From Octopus vulgaris (lineage: Eukaryota): a stretch of DNA of 64,000 bases. The DNA is taken from assembly GCA_951406725.2 (NCBI GenBank), contig OX597832.1:16430001-16494000 (forward strand). Direction: 5' to 3'. The translations under genes and the position numbers were made by a program. Shown here one piece after another: positions 1 through 13,205 of this stretch (the first letter of the stretch is position 1; every line of letters starts with the position of its first letter). A model generated the notes under the pieces. It saw nothing but the letters and a program-made list of their open reading frames with translations. It searched no databases and was not told the origin of the DNA.

Positions 1-74
1 GAGCAGGAAATATAGTACATAAATTGTATTTTCAATTAATGAAATAGATTTCATAATTAAATAGATTTTGCGAA

Positions 75-543
<469 letters not shown>

Positions 544-581
544 TAAAAAAAAAACCTTAGGAAGGAGCAGCCAGGATCGAA

Positions 582-628
582 GACTCCTGATGAAGTCTGG
601 AGGGTATATCAGCCGAAACTTTGTGTTC
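582..628 (+). ncRNA. Degenerate minimal type I hammerhead ribozyme-like motif in a probable Penelope-type terminal repeat
   Basis: CTGATGA at 587-593, extra A, stem II gtctg/cagcc (one mismatch), GAAAC at 615-619. Stem III and stem I are imperfect. Confidence 0.5.
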
Positions 629-990
629 ACAGCAAACAAAATGTGAACAAATCCGTCGAATGTAAATAATGTAAATATTGTAAATTTACAAATTTAATCT
701 GTGAGAAAACTTTCGTCACTTAGGACACTCTCCTTCCGCATACTTTTGCAGCATTTGTAACTTCTTACTTTCTTCTATTTGTCTTTGCACATGGTATTTA
801 CTACTTGTTTATATCTAAACAAATAAAAATGATGTCTTAAAATCTGAATGAGTGAGAGTTCCATGATCTTGGTACTTGTCCTTTTGTTGCTGTAAATATA
901 ACGAAAAGAGAATTTCCATAGAAGCAAGTTAATTTTCTCAAGTAAAATGTCGATAATGTTTCTGTTATAGGCACTAGGCCTGAACTTTTG

Positions 991-1538
991 GGGGAAGGTG
1001 ACTAGTCGATTACCTGGACGCCAGAATTTCGCTGGCACCTTATTTATCGACCCTGAAAGAATAAAGGGCAAAGTCGACCACGGTAGAATTTGAACAAAGA
1101 ACGTAGCGACAGAAGATATACCTATTTCTTTACTACCCACAAGGGGCGAAACACAGAAAGGACAAACAAGGATAGACTAACGGATTAAGTTGATTGCATC
1201 GATCCAGTGCGTAACTGATACTTATTTAATCGACCCCGAAAGGATGAAAGACAAAGTCGACCTCGGCGTAATTTGAACTCAGAACGTAGCGGCAGCCGAA
1301 ATACTTTTTTTTTTTTAATACCCACAAGGGGTTAAATACAGAGGGGACAAAGAAGGAGAGACAGACGGATTAAGTCGATTATATCGACTCCAGTGCGTAA
1401 CTGGTACTTAATTAATCGACTCCGAAAGAATGAAAGGCAAAGTCGACCTCGAGGGAATTTGAACTCAGAACGTAACGGCAGACAAAATACGGCTACGCAT
1501 GTTGCCCGGCGTGCTAACGTTTCTGCCAGTTCACCGCC
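991..1538 (-). mobile_element. tRNA-derived SINE (family B, Meta/Sauria-like central domain), about three tandem body units
   Basis: Minus-strand head ggcggtgaactggcagaaacgttagcacgccgggc and repeated ttcaaatt...gtcgactttgcctttcat..cggggtcga..aagtaccagtt blocks at ~180 bp spacing. Homologous to 47221-47635. Confidence 0.85.
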
Positions 1539-1570
1539 TTAAGTACAATGTTAATAATAAAATAAATATA

Positions 1571-2007
1571 CTCTTTTACTCTTTTACTCTTTTACTTGTT
1601 TCAGTCATTTGACTGTGACCGTGCTGGAGCACCGCCTTTAGTCGAGCAAATCGACCCCGGGACTTATTCTTTGTAAGCCCAGTACGTATTATATCGGTCT
1701 CTTTTACCGAACCGCTAAGTGACGGGGATGTAAACACACCAGCATCGATTGTCAAGCAATGCTAGGAGGACAAACACAGACGCACAAACATATACACACA
1801 CATACATATATATATATACATATATACGACAGGCTTCTTTCAGTTTCTGTCTACCAAATCCACTCACAAGGCATTGGTCGGCCCGAGGCTATAGCAGAAT
1901 ACACTTGCCCAAGATGCCACGCAGTGGGACCGAACCCGGAACCATGTGGTTGGTTAGCAAGCTACTTACCACACAGCTACTCCTGCGCCTATAGCCACTC
2001 CTGCGCC
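1571..2007 (-). mobile_element. tRNA-derived SINE (family A), full length, (TAAAAGAG)n tail
   Basis: Reverse complement of the copies at 33886 and 53502: head ggcgcaggagt.gctgtgtggtaag, B-box-like ggttcggtccc, internal (TA)/(TG) tract, tail gtaaaagagtaaaagag. Confidence 0.92.
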
Positions 2008-3007
2008 TATAAATATGCTCACTTTTCTTTTACTTTCTTTTACTTCCGGGACAATTAAATTAATCATCACAGAATCATTTTAAGCTCTGATCGTATACAT
2101 TGCTGCGGTTTGATATATTACACATACTAATCATTTGTCAGTCCATTTGAATAAATATTACGTAAAATAATAATGTCCTACTGGGAGCATTGCTACATCA
2201 ATAATTGCAAAACAGTAAAGCTATGAATAACGGTATATTCTCATTAAACCTATTAATATCAATGAACTCCTATTCAACACGAGTAATAGGTTGGTCTTTC
2301 CATTTAATATTGAACTTTTTCCGTAGTCGTAGGAAAAATTAATAAAAGAAGAAAAAAAAAATTCAATTTTTTGTTGCTTTTTATTCCCATATGGATTATA
2401 TTGGTATTTGTTAAATTAACCTTTACGATGACTAATTACATGAAATGTCGCATTTAGCGTCAATATAAATATTTATGTTACGAATAAAAAAATCGATATT
2501 TATTTTACCTATATATAGAACAAAACAAAATGTTGCACTTTAAAACTAATGATAATCTTCTACGGTAAAATATAATACTAATGGTCAAATTTGATTGAAT
2601 GCCAAACATACAGTTCGCCTGTTTGAATATAATGTACATCAATACTTCAGAAGTACTATACTAGGCAATGAGGGAATCTATCTCTGGACCAGCTATCTAA
2701 ATGAAATAGGGAGTCAGACGTCAATATATTGTACCAGGTATACTATCACTTTAGGAAGACATAATTGTAAATCTTCCTATTCCTCCTTGATCACGGCTAA
2801 ACTAAAATAAAGTAAATTAACAAACTTTATGTCCGCTTTACAACTACTTTGAAGACACTGAAGCATACGCAGAATTGTGCAACGAGGTTTATGGCAGCGT
2901 GAGTTATACATATGACCGCTTTTTCAGTAATAAAAATAGAAAAGAAATTATGGTCATGCACAAGCACACACCCTCCCTCTGTCTCTCTCTCTCTCTCTCA
3001 CACAAAC

Positions 3008-3046
<39 letters not shown>

Positions 3047-3059
3047 TACATATCTACAT

Positions 3060-3415
3060 CTTTTACTTGTTTCTGTTATCTCCCTGATACAATTTTTGGG
3101 CACCGCCTTGAATGGTTTTAGTCAGACAAATCCACCCCAATCTCATTTTGTGTAAAGCGGACTACTTATTTTATCGGTTACTTTTTGACGAAACCGCTTC
3201 ATGAATTCATCTGGACGTTAACGTTCAATGCACCATTTACTTCAAAAGTCATGCCTGTTTGTACAATGTGTAAAATATCACAGACAAAACACACACACAC
3301 ATGTGTGTATGATTGTATGTATTTATGCATACGACAGGTTTCTTTCAGATTCCGTCTACCAAATCCACTCACAATGGTTTGGTCGTCCGTAATCTATAGG
3401 AGAGACTAAGGTACC
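3060..3415 (-). mobile_element. Degenerate family A SINE
   Basis: Contains ttttacttgtttc, gcaccgccttg and ttccgtctaccaaatccactcacaa blocks of family A. Confidence 0.65.
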
Positions 3416-3535
3416 GCATAATAATCTTAAATTTGTGTATACGATTTGTAGTATACCATGTACCGTTCACTGAATTCATCTGCCTGATATCTTCTATAGT
3501 ATCAATGCAAATATCACATATTATACTTCAGAAAG

Positions 3536-3570
<35 letters not shown>

Positions 3571-3572
<2 letters not shown>

Positions 3573-3797
3573 AGTAAATAAATGGCAAAACTAAGAGACA
3601 CGATATTTACTGGAAATAGCGAACGTAAAAATACGACGCTAATCGCTGTAGATGCTATACGATATATATTGGGATGCATCATGCGTGTGTGCAGATTTAT
3701 CTCCAGGGGAACATCTGAAAGATGAAACACCCGGAAAATGGAAATTCCTATTTCAGGTTTTCGATAAAAATACACTCGGTAGCTGCAGTCCGCTACA

Positions 3798-3800
<3 letters not shown>
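3571..3800. repeat. Diverged, rearranged partial copy of the 433-bp tandem unit
   Basis: Shares agtaaataaatggca, gatatttactggaaatagcgaacgtaaaaatacgacgctaat and acatctgaaagatgaaacacccggaaaatgga with 3968-4400, but lacks the ribozyme core. Confidence 0.85.
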
Positions 3801-3850
<50 letters not shown>

Positions 3851-4150
3851 GTATGTTTGTATATATGTATATATACATACAAACATACATACACATATAG
3901 GCATACATATGCATATATGCACATATACATATATATACATATATGTATATATATATATATATATAACTTAGTAAATAAATGGCACAACTAAGTACCGATA
4001 TTTACTGGAAATAGCGAACGTAAAAATACGACGCTAATGTGTAGCTTCACCGCGTATATATTAGCAAAAATGCGTGTGTGCAACAAAATAGAGAAAAAAA
4101 AACCGTCTTACCTCCAGGGAGAACATCTGAAAGATGAAACACCCGGAAAA

Positions 4151-4240
4151 TGGATAATGTGGTACCTGCAGGTTTCAGGTTTTGCAAGATATGTCTCTCA
4201 CCCATATTTTACTTTACCTTCTTCAGCCAAACATATACCA
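4151..4240 (-). ncRNA. Type I hammerhead ribozyme, copy 1
   Basis: Minus strand reads UGGUAUAUGUUUGG-CUGAAGA-AGGU..long hairpin..ACCU-GAAA-CCUGCAGG-UA/CCACAUUAUCCA. Core is complete (TCTTCAG at 4220-4226, TTTC at 4173-4176 on +). Stem III is the palindrome ACCTGCAGGT; GUA cleavage predicted between 4163 and 4162. Confidence 0.85.
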
Positions 4241-4583
4241 AGACGAAATCTACGATGTTACCACATTAATACTAACACACTCGACTGAAATACGGAACGC
4301 TAACAGTACGAGAAACGGTGAAGAAGTTTAAAATATCAGTAATGCAATACAAAGTATTGCCTTCCAGTAAAAAGTAGCCCGTGAGGGAAAAATACACAAA
4401 TTAGTAAATAAAGGGCACAACTAAGTGCCGATATTTACTGGAAATAGCGAACGTAAAAATACGACGCTAATGTGTAGCTTCACCGCGTATGTATTAGCAA
4501 AAATGCGTGTGTGCAACAAAATAGAGAAAAAAAACCCGTCTTACCTCCAGGGAGAACATCTGAAAGATGAAACACCCGGAAAA

Positions 4584-4673
4584 TGGATAATGTGGTACCT
4601 GCAGGTTTCAGGTTTTGCAAGATATGTCTCTCACCCATATTTTGCTTTACCTTCTTCAGCCAAACATATACCA
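4584..4673 (-). ncRNA. Type I hammerhead ribozyme, copy 2
   Basis: Same core as copy 1 (TCTTCAG at 4653-4659). Cleavage predicted between 4596 and 4595, 433 nt from copy 1. Confidence 0.85.
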
Positions 4674-4800
4674 AGACGAAATCTACGATGTTACCACATT
4701 AATACTAACACACTCGACTGAAATACGGAACGCTAACAGTACGAGAAACGGTGAAGAAGTTTCAAAATATCAGTAATGCAATACAAAGTATTGCCTTCCA

Positions 4801-4948
<148 letters not shown>

Positions 4949-5753
4949 GAGACGCACAATTTATTGATACATCAAATAAATTCTTCTAGTATTCAACCAA
5001 TTTGTGTGAATATCACAGTGTTGAACAGTGTAACAAATGACACATGCGAAATTGTGAAAGAAGTCTACGTATATGATTGCTGACCGCCACAGATGCACTA
5101 TAATAATTGTTTTATAATTCAGGTATGCTACAAAATTGTGCATTTTGCTGTTCTATTTAAAAGCAGAAATTCAAAGCCATTCGGTTAATGTAATCTCGCC
5201 GAAAACTACGCCTAAAATGAAGGAACAATCACGTCCAGGACGCATTGACTACATTGTGTCTCAATGATAATGTGTCGATATATATCAACTATAAAATCAA
5301 GGAAATGCATACCGTCAAATTAAATACAAGTGTGGCATTGTGCGTTCAATGAATTACCATTTTTGTAAACTTTCGTTTGTTAATTTACGACTGAAAGACA
5401 AACTATATGTATTTCATATCTTGTGGCAAATTGATAGATTTCGACAAAGCACAGTTTCATGTTGTCTGGATTTTTTGTATTTGATACTGATAGTTTCAGT
5501 TTTTACTATGATTCGACATTTACTCTATGGTTTAAATTGATTTCATTTCTCCACTTATTTAAAAACGTAATGTGTTTGAAAAATATATAATACAACATTT
5601 CAGAGAGTTGAATACATCACTGGGGACATTATGTATAAAAAAACAAACATATTAAACTAGATTCTATACATGTACTTTTCGCTATTATAATATTATTTCT
5701 AAATATACATACATACATATATACATACACACACACACACAGACCCACACACA

Positions 5754-5826
<73 letters not shown>

Positions 5827-7249
5827 TTAAGTATCTATTAGGTAACGAGATTATATATTTTATTGCCAATTAGATATGCAGAAAGCTGAAAGTAATTTAA
5901 GCAGGCAATACATACATATGTGCGTGCTTGTGTGTGTGTATGTGTGTGTGTTTGTGTGTTTGTGTGTGTGTATCTGAAAATAATTTGAATCAATTTAATC
6001 TTGTATTGTAACATATTGTACGCTTGAATCTCATGAATAGCGTATGAGGTTTATATATATATATATAAATATATATATATATTTCACCTATATATGTTAT
6101 TCGCACAAAGATTTTTATGATAATTGAAATTCTTCGATACAAAATGTATAATTTCCTAATTTTGATGTATTATCTTCTCATAATTGTTTGGAAAATATAA
6201 TATTATTGGAAAGGAAATTGTCAATTCCAAATGCGAAATCTCCAATTATAAATAATGGGTCGATCGCTTTTAATTGTTTAAGTATAAATACCTTTCATAT
6301 TGATGTATATTGACTACAGAACAAGATTTGTAAATTAAGGATACGGTCAATTTTCTCTAGGGACAAATTCGTGTTCATATGCAAGAATTATCATCAGCTA
6401 AATCAACAAAAATCGCTTTACCATGGAATGCTTTGCCTTGCTGTAATCTGCCATAGGAAAATCATTTATAGCAATTCTTTTCCTCAAAATATATTTCCAG
6501 CTTTAATTATTAGATGTTGCATGAATTTAAATGAAAACTCAAAAGATTTGAAGGTGAAGTACTTTTTAGAATTTATAAATATACCACTGTTTTACAGTGG
6601 TGGAACAAAAATACAAATATATGTTCTTCACTATTTCTTACATTTTTGTGTGTATTTCTCGTCTGACAGAGGCCAATGTTTAGGCAGCATCATAAAAGTA
6701 TCGGTAAAATGCGTGGCGTTTTTGTTCGGCTCTGTGTTCTAAGTTGAAAATTTGTTCTGTTCAGCTTTACAACCCGTCCATCAAGCCGAACACCATGTAT
6801 TTTCAATGTTTCCATTGCTTTAAAACATGGATTTCTTTCATTCATATGGAAATAAATACCACGATTCCTTTTGATATCAAGTAAAACATTTCGTCAAATC
6901 ATCAGCCTGTTTCATATAACAGCTATCTTGGAGAGCACGTCTTTCATTTCACATATTGCTGAAATTGTTATTCCGTATTAACTTAGGTTTTGATGTTGAA
7001 TGATGTTTTTTTTATGTAACATGATAGCAATTTATTTTTTCTAATTTTACTTCAGCTTCCTTTCATCCTAATCTTATTTTCAATCAATACTTAGAAATTT
7101 CATAAGACTTTTCATCGTATTTTACAAGAACTAAAATATAGGATTTGTGATGTCAATAATTATTGTTAAAACACTTAAGTCAAACACGTGACACTCTTTC
7201 GCGCAAAATATTGATTCCAAAATATAGCAAAAGGAGTGTGGGTTTGAAG

Positions 7250-7425
7250 TAAAGATAGGTTGATTACTCAAAACCCATGGCTCAAATGGTACTAATTTTA
7301 TCGACGTTGGGAGAATAAAAGGTAAAGTCGACTTCAGTGGAATTACAACTCAGAATATGAAGACGGACGAAATACTTGTTAGCATTATGCTTAGCGTATT
7401 AACACTTCTGCCAGCCCACCGCCTT
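7250..7425 (-). mobile_element. Degenerate family B SINE
   Basis: ggtaaagtcgacttcagtggaattacaactcagaat and ttctgccagcccaccgcc match family B in reverse. Confidence 0.7.
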
Positions 7426-7444
7426 TATTTCTGGCAGAATACTG

Positions 7445-7855
7445 GTTTGATCGGAAAGTTAGAGCCGATTTTTAAAGGAAAGAAAAACGTCAATAAACAC
7501 TTGCCATTACATATTTAATCAACCAAATATGAACCATTTGGTTCCACAATGCGTGTCCATCTTTCCTTTAACTTGAAAATACCCTCTTCCCAGAATCGAG
7601 GTGGTTTCATGGCAAATAATTCATCAAGGTATCATTTTACGTCATCCAACGAATTGAAATTGTTACCATTAATACTATTCTGAATAAGTGAAAATCCGAA
7701 GGAGCAATATCTGGTGAATATGGAGGGTTGAGTAACACATCCCAACCGAGCTGCAGCAATTTTAGTCTGGTTCCCAAAGCGTCATTTGAAGATTACTTGT
7801 TGACATCGTAAAATTCTTCAGCGGAAATCACACTTTCACAGACTAATTCAAACAG
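7445..7855 (-). mobile_element. Internally deleted mariner relic (transposase C-terminus)
   Basis: Minus translation LLQLGWDVLLNPPYSPDIAPSDFHL...FWEEGIFKLKERWTRIVEPNGSYLVD* includes the mariner YSPDLAPSD motif. Confidence 0.85.
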
Positions 7856-7869
7856 TAAGCTAGATTTTC

Positions 7870-9010
7870 GTAAGACACAGATTAAGTGAAAACTCTTCTC
7901 CTTCCTTCTTTGGTTGAATCTGAAATTCACAGGTGTGCAGTGAGGAACGTTGCAGTAGGTATCTTCTCTCGACGGTCACAGAAGACGATATCTGAAATAT
8001 GAGTAAAAAGATAAGCAACTGGAGATCAACAGGACCTGATGTTGTACAAGGATTTTTGGATAGAAAAATTTCAGTAGTTGACATAAATTGAACGTAGAGG
8101 AACTTTATGCCTCATTCAATGGAGAAGTAATGTCGGTCTGACAAGAGGACGAACGGCGTTGTGCCTGAAGGATGCATCGAAGAGAATGATGCTGACAATT
8201 ACAGACCATTTTCCTGCATCCCATTAACGTGAAAGTTACTGTCAGGAGGAATTGCAGAAAAAATGGTTAAGTTTCTTAATCAGAACGATTTATTACCGAC
8301 GGAATAAAAAATCTGTAGAAAGAGAGGCAGAGGTACCAAATGACAAATATTGGCAGAACAAATGGCCATGCAAATTGTAAACGAAGGAGAACAAATCTAA
8401 GAATGGCCTGGAAAGCTAATGATATATTTTTACATTCGTGGATCATAGAGTGCTTAGATCTTCTTGGAATTACGAGGAATGGAAGAATGTAACGTGTTTC
8501 CTGACGGGAAATAGGTTGGGATGGAAAACAGAACTGTTATTTTACGAGAAAAGCTTCGGTACTCTGGGCATTAGAAAAGGAATCTTCCGGGGTGATTGCC
8601 TTTCTACATTGCTTCTTGTTCTCTTCATGATACCCTTGTCCTTGGGAACTATGAAAATGAATCTGAGGTACCAACAAAACAAAAACTCCCAAACACCCGA
8701 CCATTGCTTATTCATGGATGATTTAACACTGTATGGCCGAGATGTGACCAAAGTGAGTTCCTTGTTGAACACGGTCCACTGTTTTTTTAACTGATATTCG
8801 AATGGAATTTGCACTCAAGAATGCGGAATAATTTACCTAAAAATTGGCAAGGTACAGTCCCTTAAAAGCGATAGAATTACCGAAGAGAGACTTGATGAAA
8901 CACATTCAGTCGGAGGCATAACAGAACGACATAATGGAATAGGAAATGAAAGGTCAACTGAGGATGGAGTATTTCCGAAACCTGAGATTGGTGTTGCGTC
9001 CAAAATTCAT
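7870..9010 (+). pseudogene. Non-LTR retrotransposon reverse transcriptase relic, R4/Dong-like (RLE-type) clade
   Basis: NWRSTGPDVVQGF, NYRPFSCIPLT*KLLSG, GIRKGIFRGDCLSTLLLVLFMIPLS and HCLFMDDLTLY motifs, with many stops and frameshifts. Confidence 0.85.
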
Positions 9011-9199
9011 GAAGGTAATAAAATCGGAATGCACTGGACCAGAAGGTGATACATTCCCGAGTCGGTGCGTGACCTGGAGGTTCACATGAGGAATGATGCA
9101 ACATTCCATGTGCATATTACCGAGATGGACACACTGTGCAGGGAATTCGCTGGGTGGATTTTGAGGATATTCAGAACCAGGAAAAGGGAAACCATGGTA

Positions 9200-9790
9200 C
9201 TCCTCTGAACGACTTTCGTTTTCAACATCTTGCACTCCTGCTCCCAACTATTGACCCCAGAGAATATGAAACAAACTTTGGAACTCGAAGCAATCCAGCG
9301 TCAATAGACAAAGAATACTGACTCGAGGTAAAAGATGGGCTATTAGCAGACGCTATTCCCTGGAGAGAAGATGAGGCAGACATGCGGTAATATATATTTG
9401 GAAGATCTTGGAGAATATAGCTACCAATTTTGGAATTGACAGCTATAGAAATGCTCGAAATGGACGGCCCTGCATCATACCAATGATCACTTCTTCCCCA
9501 TGTAAAATAAGAACACACTCCTGCAATAGTGTGTGATTGAAGGACCCGCAATTGTCCAACATCCTGCCAGGCTAACTTAGAGATCTACAGGGCATCGATG
9601 TAGACGTTTTCAAGGAAGGTTCTGGATGGGTTTCTATCGGAGATATCAGGTGAACCAATATCGTGGCAAGGTAAGAAGTGCAGCCACGTCTAACTCGCTA
9701 CTTCACCCAAAACAATACCGTAAAAAACAACGAGTAACTACGGGTGGTGCACCAGCATTAACTCAGCCATGTGCTGAAATGTGTAAAGGA
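9200..9790 (+). mobile_element. CR1-group LINE 3' relic
   Basis: LEAIQRQ.., YSLERR, AVIYIWKILE and GPAIVQHP/LRDLQGIDVDVFK-like segments. Homologous to 60985-61320. Confidence 0.75.
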
Positions 9791-9814
9791 TAATAGATAA
9801 TATATGAATATATA

Positions 9815-9894
<80 letters not shown>

Positions 9895-9950
9895 TATAGT
9901 TGTACGTATATATATATATTTATATATACACGCACATGATTATATACCTA

Positions 9951-10012
<62 letters not shown>

Positions 10013-10070
10013 TATAGTTGTACGTATATATATATATATTTATATATACACGCACATGATTATATACCTA

Positions 10071-10129
<59 letters not shown>

Positions 10130-10154
10130 GCACATAGTTATATATATCTATCTA

Positions 10155-10211
<57 letters not shown>

Positions 10212-10212
10212 G

Positions 10213-10250
<38 letters not shown>

Positions 10251-10732
10251 CATGCATGTCACATTTCTAAGTATGAATTAGTAGATTTCTCAGACGAAAC
10301 CTGTAGCAAGTAAATACCATAACTATGGAATTTTTGCTCTTATCTTTAACGTGTTGATAAGCCTCAGCTGCAGATATAAAATATACAGATAGCATTGAAA
10401 TGGATTAGTGATACGATTACGTACAACAAAATGTGCTATGAGAATTTACTTAGAAACGGCTGCCGTGTTTTGTCCAAACTTTACCAACAGCTCACTTCAA
10501 ATGCATTTAGCATTGTATTGTTCAATGTGTATGTAGCATGAGAATGTCCACAAATACGTTCATAGGCATGATATCACATATACATTCATGCAAGCATAGA
10601 TGCATAAGTATGTGAGTGTGTGTTACAGTGTTGTGCAAACGTATGTATGAAGGCATATAAGCATCGGTCAATAGGTAATGGTTATAATGGATAGATTTAT
10701 AAGCATATATATATATACATATGCATACATAT

Positions 10733-10768
<36 letters not shown>

Positions 10769-10785
10769 CTGTATATACATATATA

Positions 10786-10817
<32 letters not shown>

Positions 10818-10905
10818 GATGTATATATATATATGTGTGTGTGTATACATATGTATATATATATATATGTGTGTATATATATATATATATATGTACATAT
10901 ATATA

Positions 10906-10944
<39 letters not shown>

Positions 10945-10973
10945 GTGTATACATACATATATATATATATGTT

Positions 10974-11010
<37 letters not shown>

Positions 11011-11390
11011 CAAAGTGGGTACATCTAAAATCTCGATGTCTGATGCAAGTAGTAACTCAACTGTTTGTAGCCACTTGTACAAGGCTGTGCCGTATGGTAT
11101 GGTGTTAGCACTCATTTTTTAAAAAATTCCAGATGTTTAATGACACAAACGTTGTCAGGACTAGTAGACCAGTTCGGGCTCAAAGAATTTGCCATTCGTT
11201 AGCAACGGAGAAAGTGTGCTGTTGCGCTTAACATTGTATTATACGGAATAGCCCGTAGAGAATCGCCATGTTGAAGTAGCAAGAAACGTTTCGTTTAAGT
11301 ATAGGTACTACGTGTACTTTGCTTGTTGCAAGATCGACTGCAGAAAGTCACTTATTTGGTTATATATTGCAAGCTAGAATAAATGGCCAC

Positions 11391-11425
11391 CTTCTCTGAG
11401 GAAGGGTAAATGTCCTGAAACCAGG
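11391..11425 (+). ncRNA. Partial hammerhead core, cleavage strand not recognisable
   Basis: CTGAGGA (11396-11402), stem AGGG/TCCT, GAAACC (11417-11422). No NUH or stem I follows. Confidence 0.35.
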
Positions 11426-11801
11426 ATGTTCAACTGACACTGCCAAATCCCTAGATGGTAGGGTTTCGATTCTTTGCTTCCAATATATTGGACACCAGGA
11501 GAAATAGTTACCCTGGTGTTAAAAGAAAAATATTTGTAATGTTTTTGCATTGATACAACAATAATGAACTGACAATACACATTACACTATATATATATGT
11601 ATGTATATACAACGGCTTCGAAGCCGTATTTGAATATTTCTTTTTAAATACTTTTCATTTACTTTTTCCAAAATCTTTTCCATACTTACAGTTGAAAGTG
11701 TCTGAATGACTGGAACCGATACTGAAATGCTTTTTATAAAAATATTTTGGCATATTCTACATTGAATTTCCGACCCCCCCCCATATATATTTATATATAT
11801 A

Positions 11802-11845
<44 letters not shown>

Positions 11846-11917
11846 TGAATAAATGTAGAGATTGATATTAATCAATTAAAACCAGTGGTCTAGCATATTA
11901 AAAGAATAAAATATTTT

Positions 11918-12197
11918 TTACATACAAAATTTAAAGGACTGACCATTAAAAGTGGACAGTCAATGTGCTAGATATAGACGTCAAAATCGCTATTTTCTAA
12001 GAAGAGTTTTTCTGAAGAAAAAAATCAGTACAAAACCAAAAAGTGTAAAAAATAAGCAAGAGAAATATAAGAAGTAAAAAAACCATCGGTTTTTTTCTTG
12101 AGAACACATTCTTCGCGGAAAATAGCGATTTTGACGTCTATATCTAGCATATTGACTGTCCACTTTTAGTGGTTAGTCCTTCAAAGTTTGTATGTAA
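11918..12197. repeat. Inverted repeat, ~80-bp arms with ~120-bp spacer
   Basis: 11918-11997 is the near-perfect reverse complement of 12118-12197. Confidence 0.95.
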
Positions 12198-12614
12198 TGT
12201 ATATATTTATATTTTTATTCAGAATGTCGTCAAGTCAAGCTCAATCTAGAAATTGATAGTGAAACTAAATTTGACATCGTATAATAGCATGTACTTGAAA
12301 TCTAATCTTTTTGGATCTTATTAATCAAAACCTTGCTTGGCCATTTTCAATTTCAAGGAAAATCATCGCTCTTTTAATGGTCTTATATTGAGCATTATAT
12401 GGGTCATGAATACAATACTAATAAAATGAAAATCTGTAAATAGTAGAGAATGATTTCCTAGCATAAAATGATTGATTTACCTCCGGGAATACAATCACCG
12501 ATTGTGTTTTTTTTACCTATGCATCTGAGTTCGCTGAAGCCTTTGAGAACGTGTGGACTGATTTTTAAGTTTAAGTTTGAGACACGCATACATCAGCATG
12601 TATATATATACATG

Positions 12615-12653
<39 letters not shown>

Positions 12654-12708
12654 GTATATGTATATATATATGTATATATATATATTGTGTGTGTATATAT
12701 ATATGTGT

Positions 12709-12748
<40 letters not shown>

Positions 12749-12755
12749 GTATATA

Positions 12756-12802
<47 letters not shown>

Positions 12803-13135
12803 ATATATATATATGCACAAATATATATACATCAATTCATATGTATATATACTCGTAAATTACGTTTGCTTTTCAACTTTTACTTTTGTTGTGCGTGTAG
12901 AAAGTGCAACTATAATGAGGTAATTAACTATGGAACTCAATTAGATATGAACAAATGTTAATTAGGTTTCAGTTATACACGCATCTGTTATCTGACCTGG
13001 TTTCAATTCTTAAATTATGTTAACATGCACTTTAATATGTTTATGTATAGATACATACATACATCCATTCCTACATGCATACACACACACACACACACAC
13101 ACATACATATATATATACATATACATATATATATA

Positions 13136-13205
<70 letters not shown>

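Noticed and set aside
4037-4721. Duplicated 83/98-aa ORFs (MCSFTAY...) in the tandem unit
   Set aside because: They lie antisense to the ribozyme, contain no recognisable domain, and are duplicated only because the unit is repeated.
6888-6917. Minus-strand CTGATGA-tttgac-GAAA
   Set aside because: No stem II is possible and there is no stem I or III, so it is a chance match.
9891-10140. ~118-bp tandem duplication
   Set aside because: Composed mostly of compound microsatellite; ordinary slippage or unequal exchange. Similar cases at 28170-28505 and 45490-45600.
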